Source of the DNA: Rhodospirillales bacterium
GTDB taxonomy: Bacteria > Pseudomonadota > Alphaproteobacteria > Bin95
Length of the DNA stretch: 64,000 nt
Reading direction: 5' to 3'
NCBI GenBank assembly: GCA_038143065.1
Contig: JAYQLI010000035.1
Location: forward strand, 2,272,894 to 2,336,893
Below, in pieces: positions 21,913 to 33,582 of the stretch. Under the pieces are notes generated by a model that was not told the DNA's origin, did not search any database, and saw only the letters and a program-made list of their open reading frames with translations. A program made the position numbers and the translations under genes. How positions within the stretch are numbered: the first letter of the stretch is position 1; the number at the start of each line of letters is the position of its first letter.

Positions 21913-22742
21913 ATGTCGACTTATGAAACAATCATCGTTGAGCCCATAACGCCACGGATAGGCGCCATGGTCTCAGGTATCGACCTTGCTAAGCCACTAG
22001 GCAATCAAGAATTCCAAGAAATTCATGACGCTTTGATGCGTCATGAGGTTATCTTTTTTCGTGATCAGCACCTTACACTAGAGCAGCATAAAGAATTTGG
22101 GCGTAGATTCGGCGAACTGGATATTCATCCTGGTTCGCCTGGACCAGAGGGACACCCAGAGGTTCTGGTGATCCATGCCGATGAAAATTCAAAGTTTGTA
22201 GCTGGTGGTCTCTGGCATTCAGACGTCTCGTGCCAAGAGGAGCCACCGATGGGCTCTATCTTGCATCTGCACACGATCCCTTCGTGCGGGGGTGACACTC
22301 TCTTCGCTAGCGCTGGGGCAGCATATGACGCGCTGTCAGAACCCATGAAAGATTTTTTAGCCCTCTGACAGCGGTGCATTCTGGAGAGCATGTGTACCGA
22401 GGACGATACAAGCACCAGGGCATAGATGATGCCGGTAAGGCCTATCCAGAGGCGCGTCATCCCATAATCCGCACTCATCCAGTCACAGGACGAAAATCAC
22501 TTTTTGTAAATGAGGGATTCACTGTTCGTATTCCAGAGTTGGAGAAAAGAGAGAGTGCGGCGCTTCTCAAATTCTTAACTGATCATATAACCCAGCCTCA
22601 ATTCCAAGTGCGTTTTCGATGGGAAAAGCACTCTGCGGCTTTCTGGGACAATCGTGCAGTCCAGCATCATGCTATGTGGGATTATTTTCCTGAAGTGAGA
22701 TCTGGTTATCGGGTTACGGTCGAGGGCAGTCGACCTTTTTAG
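21913..22742 (+). CDS. TauD-family dioxygenase, the most TauD-like of the three copies (frameshift near 22362)
   Basis: WHSDVS, PPMGSIL, GGDTLF, HPIIRTHPVTGRK, WDNRAVQH. Confidence 0.92.
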
Positions 22743-23135
22743 GACCATGTTTTGGTTGGAGGTGACTTGATTTCTATTTGCACAGAGTCTTCTAGGGCCT
22801 CGTGGTAGTGTTTTACGCCCGGAGGATGAACCCATACATCTCCAGGTTCTGCGACCCAACTTTTACCTTCAATAACGACGCGAACCTTTCCAGAGACAAG
22901 ATAGCAGATTGATTCGTGATCAGAATGAGCATGTTCAGGGTCAATTAATCCTTTTGGGCGGTGGGCTTCCATAAAAAGCATACTTTCGCTTGCAATCAGA
23001 GGTTTGATGGCAAGACGTACTTTGTCATCTCCTTCTTCTATTCCCTCTAGTTTTGAGATGATCTCAGCAGAGACATCTTCTATTTTTGCGAAATAATTCA
23101 GGTGAAGGTGGAATTCGACGGGTACTGTTGGACAT
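22739..23135 (-). CDS. Cupin-domain protein (frameshift in the A-run near 23085)
   Basis: HAHSDHE and PPGVKH cupin motifs; ATG at 23135. Confidence 0.8.
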
Positions 23136-23140
23136 ATCGA

Positions 23141-24356
23141 TCATCCCGCCTGTCGGCGGGTCTCTGCGTAGGTTAGTAGTGCAATAAGCATACAGGCAGC
23201 GCTTCCCCAAAACACCCAACGTGGATCTGCATTATCCATAACCCAGCCAAAGATGGCTGGCGTGATAGCATTGCCCAAAGCGAGTCCTGAGGAAGTAAAG
23301 CCGAAAAGTTTTCCCATTTGTCCTGGGGGTGCAATTTGACGGACAAGCATGTCTCGAGCAGGTAGAAGGCTTCCTTGCAAGGCACCAGCAGTTAAGAATG
23401 CAGATGATAGTATTGCAACTGACATTGGTAGAGAGGCAAAGCTAGCAACAAGCGCGGAAAGACTTAAGATTGAAAAGGTGAACAACCGTGCGGGGTTTCC
23501 TGTTCGATCAGCAAGCCAACCTCCAACAATATTTCCAAACGATGCTGCTAGCAGGTAGCCAGTGAGTGCTCCTGCTGCGACCTCTGCGCCAATGCCCCAG
23601 ATTGCCGGCAATGCAGCAACACTAAAGTTTCGAACCCCAGCGAAAGCCATTGCGTAAACCAATTGGAAGATAAATAACATTAGTACTGTCCGCGACAGCA
23701 GAAGTGACAGGCCTTCTTTCGTTGTTCCGTCTCTTGGGGTCGATTGTCATCTGTCTTATGAACTTGACTTGAAATACCTTTTTCTAAGCTGTCTGCATTC
23801 AGAGCAAGAATTATAGAAAAAACTATCCCCGCTAATCCAACGGAAATGAAAGCTGTTTCAATATTAAAGGCAGCAGAAATACCTAGCATTACTATAGGCG
23901 CTGCTGCCCATCCTAGGTTTCCCGCAACAGCGTGAAAACTAAACGCTCGGCCAATCCTCCGTTCTGCGACCTGGTCAGACAGGATGGCAAAATCTGCAGG
24001 ATGGAAAATACTGTTTGCACAACCAGCAATTGCCGCTAGAGGCAATAATGCCCAGTAGGTAGTAACTAGCCCATAACAGGTTACCGCTGCACCTATAATC
24101 GCTACGCCAAAACTAGAAGCTTTGAGGCTCCTAATCGGTCGACAAGGAAGCCAGCAGGGGTTTGGCTAATACCGGTTGCTATTGAAAATACAGTTATCGC
24201 CAGGCCCATTTCTGTAAAGCCAACATTTAGCTTAACCGCCATTAATCCGAATACGGGTGGAAGTACAAACTGATAAAAATGACTTAGAAAATGAGCTGCT
24301 GTGACCAAGCTCACCACTTGAATTTCCTGTAGGGAAAGTGGTTCAGCTGTTTTCAC
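23141..24356 (-). CDS. MFS transporter (two frameshifts)
   Basis: AHFLSHFY, GFLVDRLG, IFHPA, GGWLADR across three consecutive ORFs. Confidence 0.88.
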
Positions 24357-25073
24357 GTCCCAAAAACCTCTTTTGCTACTTCAAGGTCAGGTAAAAAGTC
24401 GACTTCCCCCATTTTAGACCTTCAATAGAGCAGGTTTCTACCTGACCTTTTTCTGCCAATACTGCAATTGCCTTGAGATACCACCAATTCAAACCATTGG
24501 AGTGCGCATAGTTTGCTCTAACGTTTCTACGAATGCGTCAGCGCCGCTTTTGTCAAAGCGCGAAAAACCTATCGACTCTCCGTGTGTATCTTCCGGTTCA
24601 AGGGTTTTACCAACGTCTAATAATCGCGATCCTGCCAATTTTACCTTCATATCGTCAGAATCATAATCCGCTTTTTTATCGATCGTCAGCGTGATGGGTG
24701 CTGGGGGAGCTTGTAAAAGTCGTTTCATGATCTCGGGTTGGAAAAGAGTATCACCGTTCAAAAGTAAGAATGGGTCACGCATTTCTTCGCGCGCCATCCA
24801 ACAAGACGCTAAATTGTCTGCAACATTATAAAAGGGGTTAAAAAGGGTGCGGACGTTGAAGCCAGGTTCAGAGGCTTCTTCTGCAGCTTTTTCTACAGCA
24901 GCGGTTCGAAACCCAGTTACTATAACAACCTCGGTTGCACCTCCTGCCTTAAGGGCAGCAAGCTGAACCCCTAGAATTGTGTTCATACCTAGGTTTAGCA
25001 GACACTTTGGTCGATCTTCAGTCAGCGGTAAAAGGCGTGAGCCCTGACCTGCAGACAGGATAATGGTTTTCAT
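24353..25073 (-). CDS. Nucleotidyltransferase, phosphocholine-cytidylyltransferase-like (frameshift near 24495)
   Basis: LSAGQGSRL, PKCL, LNGD; C-terminal WGEVD after the frameshift; stop overlaps the MFS GTG start. Confidence 0.88.
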
Positions 25074-25125
25074 GAGCGCTACTTCTTAGAAATCAAGCCG
25101 AAAGAACTTATAGCAAGCCGATAAC

Positions 25126-25778
25126 TTAGTCCCAATCCTCAATGCGCAATCCGTGACGGCCTGCCACGTCTCGCAAGGGGCGATGTGGGTTAACCGCAAT
25201 TCCATTCTCGGCCCAAAGAAGGATCGGTAGGTCAGTTACGTGGTCGCTGTAAGCCAAAGTTTTTGAAGGGAGAGATCTCCTAAAATGAGTTTGACACGCC
25301 TGAGTTTTTCTTCGCCATAGCAATTTTCGCCATCAAAGTTTCCGCTGACGCGACCTTTTGCTGTCCAGTGTGTGCGAGTAGAGATGATGTCATCAAAGCC
25401 CAGAGTTCGTCCGATTGGATCTGCAATGACGTCCATAGCAGCTGTTGCTAATATCAACCGATCGCCTGCTTCTTGGTGTTTTTTAATGTTTGTTTTGGTT
25501 TGACGGCGGAGTTCGTTTTGAATCCAGACTCTTGCGAAGGTGTTTCCCAAGGTTTCAGCTTCTTCACGAGAAAGGCCCCCAACCACCTCTCGCCACATCA
25601 ATAACTTGATATCATCTCTTCGATAAAGGCCAACAATCTTCAAGAGAGCTGCCAAAATAATCCGGTGAAAAGATAGAAACCGACGTGGCCTCCTAATTGC
25701 AACGTAAAGAATAAATGGGGTAAAGCAGCCTCGCCTAGTTAAAGTTCGATCTAGATCAAAGATGGCTATACCGGACAT
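25126..25778 (-). CDS. HAD-IB family phosphatase (frameshift near 25262)
   Basis: FDLDRTL, ATA, NCYGEEK, AYSDHVTD, AVNP. Confidence 0.9.
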
Positions 25779-25785
25779 TTAATTT

Positions 25786-26944
25786 TTAACTATTATTCAA
25801 ATACGAAGTTACGGGCTTTCCAGATATTTTTAATATTCCAGCCTGTAAAATTCGAATGAAATGAACTCCAAGGCTAGCTGACACCCATACCGCTACGCCA
25901 ATGAGGCCTAGTTCAGGTGCCCCTAGCATAGCGCTGATCATAAGGATAAAGAGGTTTGGATTTCGTCTCGCTGTGATGGTCCTAAACCAAAAGTCAAAGG
26001 GTCGCCAAATATGTCCCTCAATTTTAAAAATCCAAAGGAATGCACCCTCGTAAACCCTTTGGATCACATATCCGATAACTATCACAGCTAAAGCTAAATC
26101 ATAGTTTGAGAGGAATTCTGGGCCTCGTAAATCAGCTTCAGGAAAGCGCCCACATACCATGCCCACCACCAGAAAGGTGGATGCAGTAGGTCAATTCCAT
26201 GGTCATAAACCTCTCCCCACTTTGATGATGTCATTGTCACGCGGGCAAGTTTACCATCCACCGTATCCAGAAAGGTCATAAGCCATGCCGCGGGAATTGC
26301 CCAAAACCATTGACCTTGCCAGAAACCAAAGAGGGCAAGAAACATCAATATCAAGCTTAAGGTTGTTACTTGGTTGGGCGTGATGCCAGCTGCGGCACAC
26401 CATCTAGTAACAAATCGGGCCGGTGTCGGCCAAACGTATTTGGTTACAAAATCTGTGGCGCCTTTGTATGAAGCGCCAAAAGTCATTTTTTCCAGTTCTG
26501 TTTTGGGAGTGTCACCTAGTTTTGCGGCAAATGGTATGGCGTGCTTCCGAAGAATTGGATCATAAGCGCCTCCAATGGCTTCAGCGGTGCCATATGAGAA
26601 GCCTTCAATTGGGCTTTCTGGCAGAATTCCTGTCATTGACGTAACGACTGCTTTCGCTGCTTTCCTGCCGTTAGCTCTTGCGGCAAGTGCCACGGTTTTT
26701 CTTTATCATGAGAAATTGCGGTTAGAATGAGACCTGGCTGAGCAAGTAAAGCTCTAATTAGTCTTTCCTCAACAACAGCATCTGCGCGGATCAGAAGCAC
26801 AGGCTCTTCAGGTCCTAGTTGACTTACCGCCTTTATGCGTCCCGCACCGGCTCGTGTTGTCAAACGCGCCAGGCGGGTTTCAGGACTAAGACCCCAGAGC
26901 ATTTGGTTTGCCTGGCCTACGATAATCACGGCAATTTCAGTCAT
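25786..26944 (-). CDS. CDP-alcohol phosphatidyltransferase family protein with N-terminal extension (two frameshifts)
   Basis: TPNQVT, DTVDGKLAR...G..YDHGID signature, ITARRNPN. Confidence 0.88.
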
Positions 26945-27074
26945 GGAATAACGAGTAGCCTCAATTTAAAGCCAACAGGCCCTGATCCAGAAGGATCAAA
27001 ATTAGTGGATTTTTGTAGCTGAGTAACCCAGCCGACATAATAATAGCATCTCAGCTAAGGTTATAAAGCAGTCC

Positions 27075-27770
27075 TTAGTGATCGGCGCTGGCGATGGATG
27101 TCCTATCGCCAAAAATCGCACTGCCTACACGAATGTGTGTTGCGCCCAGTTCCACTGCAGCAGGATAATCAGCACTCATGCCCATTGAGACATATGGGAG
27201 GTTTAGCTGATCGGCCATTTGTTTCAGAAATGCGAAATGGGGTGCAGCAACATCTGTTGCGGGAGGTATGCACATTAGCCCAACGATATTGAGAGCGTAC
27301 TTATCAATACAAATTCTAACGAAAGCCTCAGCATCACTTGGCGGTATGCCAGCTTTTTGCTCCTCTTCGCCAGTATTTACTTGTACAAAACATGAGAGGT
27401 TTCGTCCTTCCTCAGTCATGATGCGACTAAGTGTGTGAGCCAAGCGCTCCCTATCAACAGTTTGAATGACATCAAAAAGGCGGACAGCACTTCGCACCTT
27501 GTTAGTCTGCAGGGGGCCAATCAAATGTATCTCTAGATCAGAGAATTTTCTTCTCCGTTTAAGCCAACGAATTTCAGCTTCTTGAACTCGGTTCTCACCA
27601 AAAACGCGGAGACCTGCGGCTAACGATGCATCAATCCGGTCCTCGGGCTGCTGCTTTGAAACCCCTATCAGGCTGATATCTTTTGGATTTCGTCCAGCGT
27701 CGATTGCCGCCTGGGATATTGTCGCTTGAACGGCTTTAAGGTTGCGGACTACTTCTTCTTTTATGTTCAT
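27075..27770 (-). CDS. yggS: PLP homeostasis protein YggS
   Basis: VSK, FGENRVQE, HLIGPLQTNK, SMGMS, RVGSAIFG. Confidence 0.95.
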   Translation of the reverse strand: MNIKEEVVRNLKAVQATISQAAIDAGRNPKDISLIGVSKQQPEDRIDASLAAGLRVFGENRVQEAEIRWLKRRRKFSDLEIHLIGPLQTNKVRSAVRLFDVIQTVDRERLAHTLSRIMTEEGRNLSCFVQVNTGEEEQKAGIPPSDAEAFVRICIDKYALNIVGLMCIPPATDVAAPHFAFLKQMADQLNLPYVSMGMSADYPAAVELGATHIRVGSAIFGDRTSIASADH

Positions 27771-27968
27771 AACAAATACCTCCAAGACAGCTGCTCAATA
27801 CGCCAGATGCACTGAAAAAATCAATCGCAACTCTAGGGCAGAGTAACAAACGCTGGAGGTACGTAGCTTCAACACGCAATGGTTTTATGGAGATCCGCAT
27901 CTCGTGAATTTACATATTAAAACAATAAGTTATTCGACCAGATCTTCATAAGAGGGTTACATAAAACA

Positions 27969-27996
27969 ATAGGGGCGGCTGGAAAGCCGCCCCTAT
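27969..27996 (-). terminator. Rho-independent terminator of the porin gene
   Basis: Perfect 12-bp stem ATAGGGGCGGCT-GGAA-AGCCGCCCCTAT followed by a U-rich tract on the minus strand. Confidence 0.9.
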
Positions 27997-28018
27997 CTTT
28001 CAAACTTCTAACTAAATA

Positions 28019-29065
28019 TTAGAATTTGAGGGCAAGACCTGCAGCAACGGCAATACCGTCTGCAACGGTGTTACCAGCAGTAACGCCTTCGAGGTAGTAG
28101 ATCGAAGACTTAGCGGTTACACCTGGGCCAACCTTGTAAGAAGCACCAAGTTCAAATGCATCTTGCTGTTGGTCATTGTCGCTGTCTTCACCACGGATGT
28201 AAGCAACAGACACACCTGCTGGACCAGCATTGTATCCTAAGCCAACGCCGAAGACGTTGTCGTCGGATACTGCTGTATCATCTTCATGTTCGCCGTAAGC
28301 GAAAGAAGCAGTGAAGCCACCGAAGCCGACCTGAAGGCCTCCAGAAAGAGCAGTTTCATTTCCAGCGACAGATCCACCAGCGTCAGCAAAACCAACACTT
28401 GCCTTAACGCTCATGTCAGCAACTGATGTTACGTAGTTAGCTGCAAGACCATAACCGTTGTCGCGGCTTCCATCAGCCTCAAGACCAGCGGTAGATGGGG
28501 TGCGAGCATCGATGTCGTCAGCATCTGGCATAAATGTGGCGCCAACTTGGAACCCATTGATGCGAGGTGAGAAGTAAGTGATCTTGTTTTGATCGTTGTC
28601 GATGCCAGTAGTTCTGCTTGTGGAGCGGAGTGCACCGTTTGCACCGGCGATCCATGCTGCTACGTCACTTTCATCGATGCCGATACCATTGCTTTTCACA
28701 CCATAGTGCATGCGATAGCCAGCGCCGTTATCGGTACCCATTTCGAGGCGGCCGAAGGAGCCTGAAACGTAGAGATACTGCTCGTCGATTGGGTCACCAC
28801 CTGCTTGGTGGCCTTCAACCTGGATTTCGCCGCCGATCTTAAGACCATTGTCGAGGGTCTGGCTGAAACCAATGAAGAATTCGTTATCAGAGAACTGATC
28901 GAACACGTCACTGTTAGCATTAGCTGAATTAGCATTGTCAGAATAACCGAACCACTGTTCCATGTAACCTGATACGGTTACATCAAACTTTGCAGAGGCT
29001 GGTGAAGCCACAGCAACAGCACCAAGGGCTGCTAATGCTGTGGTCGCAAGAAGCGACTTTTTCAT
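28019..29065 (-). CDS. Gram-negative porin, probably a major outer-membrane protein
   Basis: Signal peptide MKKSLLATTAL...ASA, amphipathic beta strands, GSFGRLEMG, C-terminal Phe. Confidence 0.92.
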   Translation of the reverse strand: MKKSLLATTALAALGAVAVASPASAKFDVTVSGYMEQWFGYSDNANSANANSDVFDQFSDNEFFIGFSQTLDNGLKIGGEIQVEGHQAGGDPIDEQYLYVSGSFGRLEMGTDNGAGYRMHYGVKSNGIGIDESDVAAWIAGANGALRSTSRTTGIDNDQNKITYFSPRINGFQVGATFMPDADDIDARTPSTAGLEADGSRDNGYGLAANYVTSVADMSVKASVGFADAGGSVAGNETALSGGLQVGFGGFTASFAYGEHEDDTAVSDDNVFGVGLGYNAGPAGVSVAYIRGEDSDNDQQQDAFELGASYKVGPGVTAKSSIYYLEGVTAGNTVADGIAVAAGLALKF

Positions 29066-29412
29066 GTTAAAATCCTCTCAAGAGACTAAATTTAAGCAGC
29101 CGACCAATATCGACTACCCGCAATTATTTAGTGAAGGTAAAGGGATTTGGTCAATGTCGAAAATCATTCTAGGTTGCACAAAGTCCTCTAGTGTGGTTTT
29201 TGTGCAACACATAAAAAAGCAGTCACTTGCAAAATTTAGTGACCAAGTCGATGTGCTGGCGAACATATTCGTTATTTTTTGCCAGCGACTTACGGGATCT
29301 TGCTTTTTGGCATGAGGAAAGGGTAAAAGCACCCGTAAAGCACGGCTCCGCTACTCATTTACGGAAGCTTTTGGAGTATGGAGTCAAAAAAACTTTTGAG
29401 GTAACGAGTGTA

Positions 29413-29640
29413 ATGAAGGCCGACATCCACCCCAAGTATCACGAAATCACGGTTATAATGTCAGATGGAAGCGAGTTTAAAACTCGTTCCACATACGGCG
29501 AAGAAGGCGCATCGCTACGCCTAGATATTGACCCAAAAGTTCATCCTGCTTGGACTGGTGGGAACACGCATTTGGTTGATACCGGTGGCCGCGTTGGTCG
29601 CTTTAATAAGCGATTTGGCAGCTTTGGCTTGAAAAAGTAA
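29413..29640 (+). CDS. rpmE: 50S ribosomal protein L31
   Basis: [26 protein letters not shown]. Confidence 0.97.
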   Translation: MKADIHPKYHEITVIMSDGSEFKTRSTYGEEGASLRLDIDPKVHPAWTGGNTHLVDTGGRVGRFNKRFGSFGLKK

Positions 29641-29661
29641 ATATCAGAAGTCCAGACAATC

Positions 29662-30830
29662 ATGGCTAACAGGCTCACGCCTTTTGACTTTGATCTTGGC
29701 GAGGCCGCTGAAATGCTGCGCGAAAGCGTTTCCAGTTTCGCAACCGATCAAATCGCGCCCATTGCTGCTGACATAGATCGCAATAATGAGTTCTCTAGAT
29801 CGCTTTGGAATAAGATGGGCGACATGGGCCTCCTCGGTATTACAGTCGAGGAAGAATACGGCGGTGCTGGGATGGGATATCTCGAGCACATGGTTGCCGT
29901 TGAGGAGTTGTCGCGCGCGTCAGGTGCGGTAGGTTTAAGTTATGGAGCTCACTCCAATCTCTGTGTGAACCAGCTTCGTCGGAATGGAAACGAAGAACAA
30001 AAGCGTCGTTACCTTCCAAAACTTATTTCAGGCGAGCATGTTGGAGCCCTTTCGATGAGTGAACCTGGCGCGGGTTCGGACGTTGTTGGGCTTCGTACGC
30101 GCGCTGAAAAAAAAGGGGATCGTTACATTATAAATGGCTCAAAGATGTGGTGTACGAATGGGCCAGATGCGGATACTCTTGTCGTTTATGCTCGATCGAA
30201 GGCGGATGCGGGACCCCGAGGTATAACGGCTTTCATTATCGAGAAAAGCTTTAAAGGCTTTAAGGCATCAAAAAACTGGACAAATTGGGCATGCGAGGGT
30301 CTTCCACCTCTGAGCTTGTCTTTGAAGACTGTGAAGTTCCTGAGGAAAACGTTCTCGGCCAAGTAGACGAGGGTGTGCGTGTACTAATGTCCGGCCTGGA
30401 CTATGAGCGCTTAGTTCTATCAGGTGGCCCGCTGGGTTTAATGCAAGCAGCGATGGATGTAGTAATCCCGTATGTGCATGAGCGAGAACAATTCGGCCAG
30501 GCAATTGGCGAATTCCAGCTGATGCAGGGGAAGATCGCTGATATGTACGTAACGCTTAACGCCTCTAAGGCATATGCGTATGCCGTTGCTAAGTCTTGTG
30601 ACCGAGGTGATACGACTAGGATCGATGCGGCAGGTGTAATTCTTTACACTGCGGAGCGTGCAACGTGGATGGCGCTAGAGGCAATTCAATGCCTTGGAGG
30701 CAATGGTTATATTAATGACTATCCTACCGGTCGGTTGCTTCGTGATGCGAAAATTTATGAGATTGGTGCAGGAACCTCTGAAATCCGGCGTTGGTTAATA
30801 GGCCGTGAGTTATTCCAAGCAACAGCCTGA
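29662..30830 (+). CDS. ivd: Isovaleryl-CoA dehydrogenase (frameshift in the A-run near 30272)
   Basis: [45 protein letters not shown]. Confidence 0.93.
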
Positions 30831-30963
30831 TAGCCAGAAGTCAGAAGCTTCCCGCTCAACCTTTAAAATGTAATAGTGGCTATCTCAAATTTTTGCTTCT
30901 GACCTTTTAGACGCTGAGGTCAACCAGGCCTTGCGCTTCCTTATCAGTTTAGTGGGTGAACCA

Positions 30964-31239
30964 ATGAATCTTGATGATCTCTATACGGTGATTGCATCTC
31001 GCAAAGGGGGCAATCCAGAGGAAAGTTATACTGCTAGTCTCTTCGATAAAGGGATTGCTAAAATTGCCCAAAAGGTGGGCGAGGAGGCGGTTGAGACCGT
31101 TATTGATGGCATTTCTGGTCCAAAAGAACGCGTGATTTCAGAAAGTGCCGACCTTTTATATCACCTGCTTGTGCTATGGGCGGCGCGCGACGTTAAGCCT
31201 GACGAGATTTGGGCTGAGCTCGGTAAGCGAGTGAGGTAA
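30964..31239 (+). CDS. hisE: Phosphoribosyl-ATP diphosphatase
   Basis: SYTASL, KVGEEAVE, ESADLLYH. Confidence 0.96.
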   Translation: MNLDDLYTVIASRKGGNPEESYTASLFDKGIAKIAQKVGEEAVETVIDGISGPKERVISESADLLYHLLVLWAARDVKPDEIWAELGKRVR

Positions 31240-31256
31240 GGGGAGGCTAGACGATC

Positions 31257-31637
31257 ATGGCGACATATGACGATCAGAATATCTTTGCCAAAATTTTACG
31301 AGGAGAAATACCGAACTATACGGTGATAGAGAATGAACACGCGTTGGCCTTTCGGGATATAGCTCCTGCTGCTCCAACCCATGTACTGGTGATCCCAAAA
31401 GGCAAGTATGTAACCTTTCGTGACTTTGCTCGGGTTGGGTCTAAAGAGGAGCACTCAGCGTTTATTTCTGCTGTCGCTGATGTTGTTGAGGCAGAGGGGT
31501 TATCTGAAGACGGGTATCGCCTAATTGTTAATAACGGTCCAAATGGTCGTCAGGAAGTGCCCCATATTCACATGCATGTTGTAGGTGGGCGAGACGTAGG
31601 CCCAATGCTTAAACGTTGGAATAAAGATGAAAGCTGA
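31257..31637 (+). CDS. HIT-family nucleotide-binding protein
   Basis: IFAKILRGEIP, QEVPHIHMH. Confidence 0.95.
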   Translation: MATYDDQNIFAKILRGEIPNYTVIENEHALAFRDIAPAAPTHVLVIPKGKYVTFRDFARVGSKEEHSAFISAVADVVEAEGLSEDGYRLIVNNGPNGRQEVPHIHMHVVGGRDVGPMLKRWNKDES

Positions 31638-32082
31638 TTGGACTAACGCATCTCACGAGGATGTTGCTGCCATAAAAGAGTGGTTTGATGATTGGGGCGA
31701 CATGGTAGCGACCCAGCGCTTTGAAGATGCCCGTGAACTTTTCGACCCGGCGGCGATAGGCTTCGGCACTTGGATGGATTTAGTTGAGGGGCTTGATCAA
31801 CTTGAAGCAAAACAGTGGCGCTCAATTTGGGGTACAATTTCAGGCTTTCGCCATGAGACAACCAAAACTTTAAAGGTCATTGTGTCTCCCGACCGACTGA
31901 TGGCGTCTGGTCTTGCAACGTGGACCTCGATTGGCTTCCATGAAGGTGGGGAACAGTACGAGCGACCGGGGCGAACTACATCTATTTTTGTTCGGGGGGC
32001 CCTTGCGCATAGATGGCGATCTATACATACCCACGTTTCGCTGTTTAGGGGTGTGCCACAGAGGAGCTTTCCTCGAGATTAA
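31627..32082 (+). CDS. SnoaL/NTF2-like protein
   Basis: GRTT...W..IHTHVS C-terminal pattern; overlaps the end of the HIT gene. Confidence 0.7.
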   Translation: MKADWTNASHEDVAAIKEWFDDWGDMVATQRFEDARELFDPAAIGFGTWMDLVEGLDQLEAKQWRSIWGTISGFRHETTKTLKVIVSPDRLMASGLATWTSIGFHEGGEQYERPGRTTSIFVRGALAHRWRSIHTHVSLFRGVPQRSFPRD

Positions 32083-32225
32083 GCTGTTGCAAGGTTGTTC
32101 TGCTTAGGCCAACCTCCTTCCTCAATCGCAGCTAAACAGATGGTAAATATAACATCTTTTAGTTAGCTTTGAACGGTTATGACGGTCATTTACGCAAAAA
32201 CACAGCATCTCCATGTAGGGATTTT

Positions 32226-33314
32226 ATGAATATGAATTTTGACAATCCTAAGATTGCTATTGTTGGTGCTGGAGCAGTTGGCGCTTACGTAGGTGGGTAC
32301 TTCTCAAAGGCGGGCCACGACGTCACCTTAATTGATGGTTGGCCAGCAAATGTCGACACCATTAACTCTCAAGGGCTCACCCTTACAGGCCTTACAGACC
32401 CAGAGTGTTTTACCACTCCCGCGACGGCATTGCATGTGGCTGAGGTCCAGAGCCTCATGCGCGATCGACCCATCGATATCGCTTTTGTATGTATGAAGTC
32501 GTACGACACAGTCTGGGCTACGGAGATGATAAAGGATTATCTCTCTCCTTCAGGGTTTGTGGTTTGTTTTCAGAATTGCATCAACGAGGAGACAATCGCA
32601 CAAATCGTGGGTTGGGGCCGAGTGGTTGGTTGTATTGCTGCTAAAATTGCAGTCGAAATGACCGGGCCAGCTACAGTACGTCGGGGCGTTGCGCTTGGAG
32701 GCAATAAGCACACGGTATTTCGGGTTGGAGAGCCTCATGGTCGAGAGACACCTCGTATCAAATTCGTGATGGAGATGCTTTCTCGGATTGATAGTGCCAG
32801 AACAACGTCAAACTTGTGGGGAGAGCGTTGGTCCAAACTCTGCGCCAATGCGATGGGCAATGGCGTTTCGGCAGCGACGGGGTTTTCTTCAAACGAAGTC
32901 GCTCGCGAGATACTGACTAGGCGTTTGCAAATCAAGCTTGCAGGCGAATCAATCGCTGTCGGCCAGGCACTAGGCTATTCACTTGAGGAAATTAACAAGC
33001 ATTCAGGCGATGAATGGGTAAAAGCTGCAGCAGGTGACGTGACTGCGTTGGAGGCCGTTGAGGAAAGCCGGATCGCCCAAACAAAGACCACTGCTGAAGG
33101 TTCGCGCCCCTCAATGGGGCAAGACATTCAGAAGGGCCGTAGGACAGAGATTGAACAGATCAATGGCTTTGTTGTTGAAAAGGCAAAGGAAGTTGGTTTA
33201 GAGGCTCCTGCCAACGCCTTCTTGGTAGAGGCTGTTAAACTGGTGGAGCGCGGCATCGAAGCTCCTAGCCTTGAACGGGTTAGGGCCGCGCCCCTCGGTG
33301 CAATTGCACCATAG
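32226..33314 (+). CDS. Ketopantoate reductase (ApbA/PanE) family protein
   Basis: GAGAVG, KSYD, QN, WSKLCAN, SMGQD...RTE..NG. Confidence 0.88.
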   Translation: MNMNFDNPKIAIVGAGAVGAYVGGYFSKAGHDVTLIDGWPANVDTINSQGLTLTGLTDPECFTTPATALHVAEVQSLMRDRPIDIAFVCMKSYDTVWATEMIKDYLSPSGFVVCFQNCINEETIAQIVGWGRVVGCIAAKIAVEMTGPATVRRGVALGGNKHTVFRVGEPHGRETPRIKFVMEMLSRIDSARTTSNLWGERWSKLCANAMGNGVSAATGFSSNEVAREILTRRLQIKLAGESIAVGQALGYSLEEINKHSGDEWVKAAAGDVTALEAVEESRIAQTKTTAEGSRPSMGQDIQKGRRTEIEQINGFVVEKAKEVGLEAPANAFLVEAVKLVERGIEAPSLERVRAAPLGAIAP

Positions 33315-33582
33315 AAGCGACAACCCTGACCTGACCAAAGCGGTATAAGCTTCTAAAGCATGAACAAGAGGCCTCTAAGGCTTAGGTGCAGTACCTCTAA
33401 GTGCCGCTCGTTGGATATGTGAACGAAGCAATAACACCGAAAGTAGCCATAGCATCGCCAAGTCCAAGATCATCTGCCGGAAGTTGACCGGTTGTTTGTT
33501 CGACAGCAATAAATATGCTTGCCAAAGTCGCAGTGTCTCGCAATAGAGCCACCGCCGTATTTAACATTAAATAATTATTAGG

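Noticed and set aside
22366-22368. TGA inside the second tauD as Sec or readthrough
   Set aside because: The downstream half is in a different frame; one missing C in a C-run explains it
28019-29065. Distinct codon usage of the porin as horizontal transfer
   Set aside because: Better explained by high expression; typical alphaproteobacterial signal peptide and no mobility genes nearby
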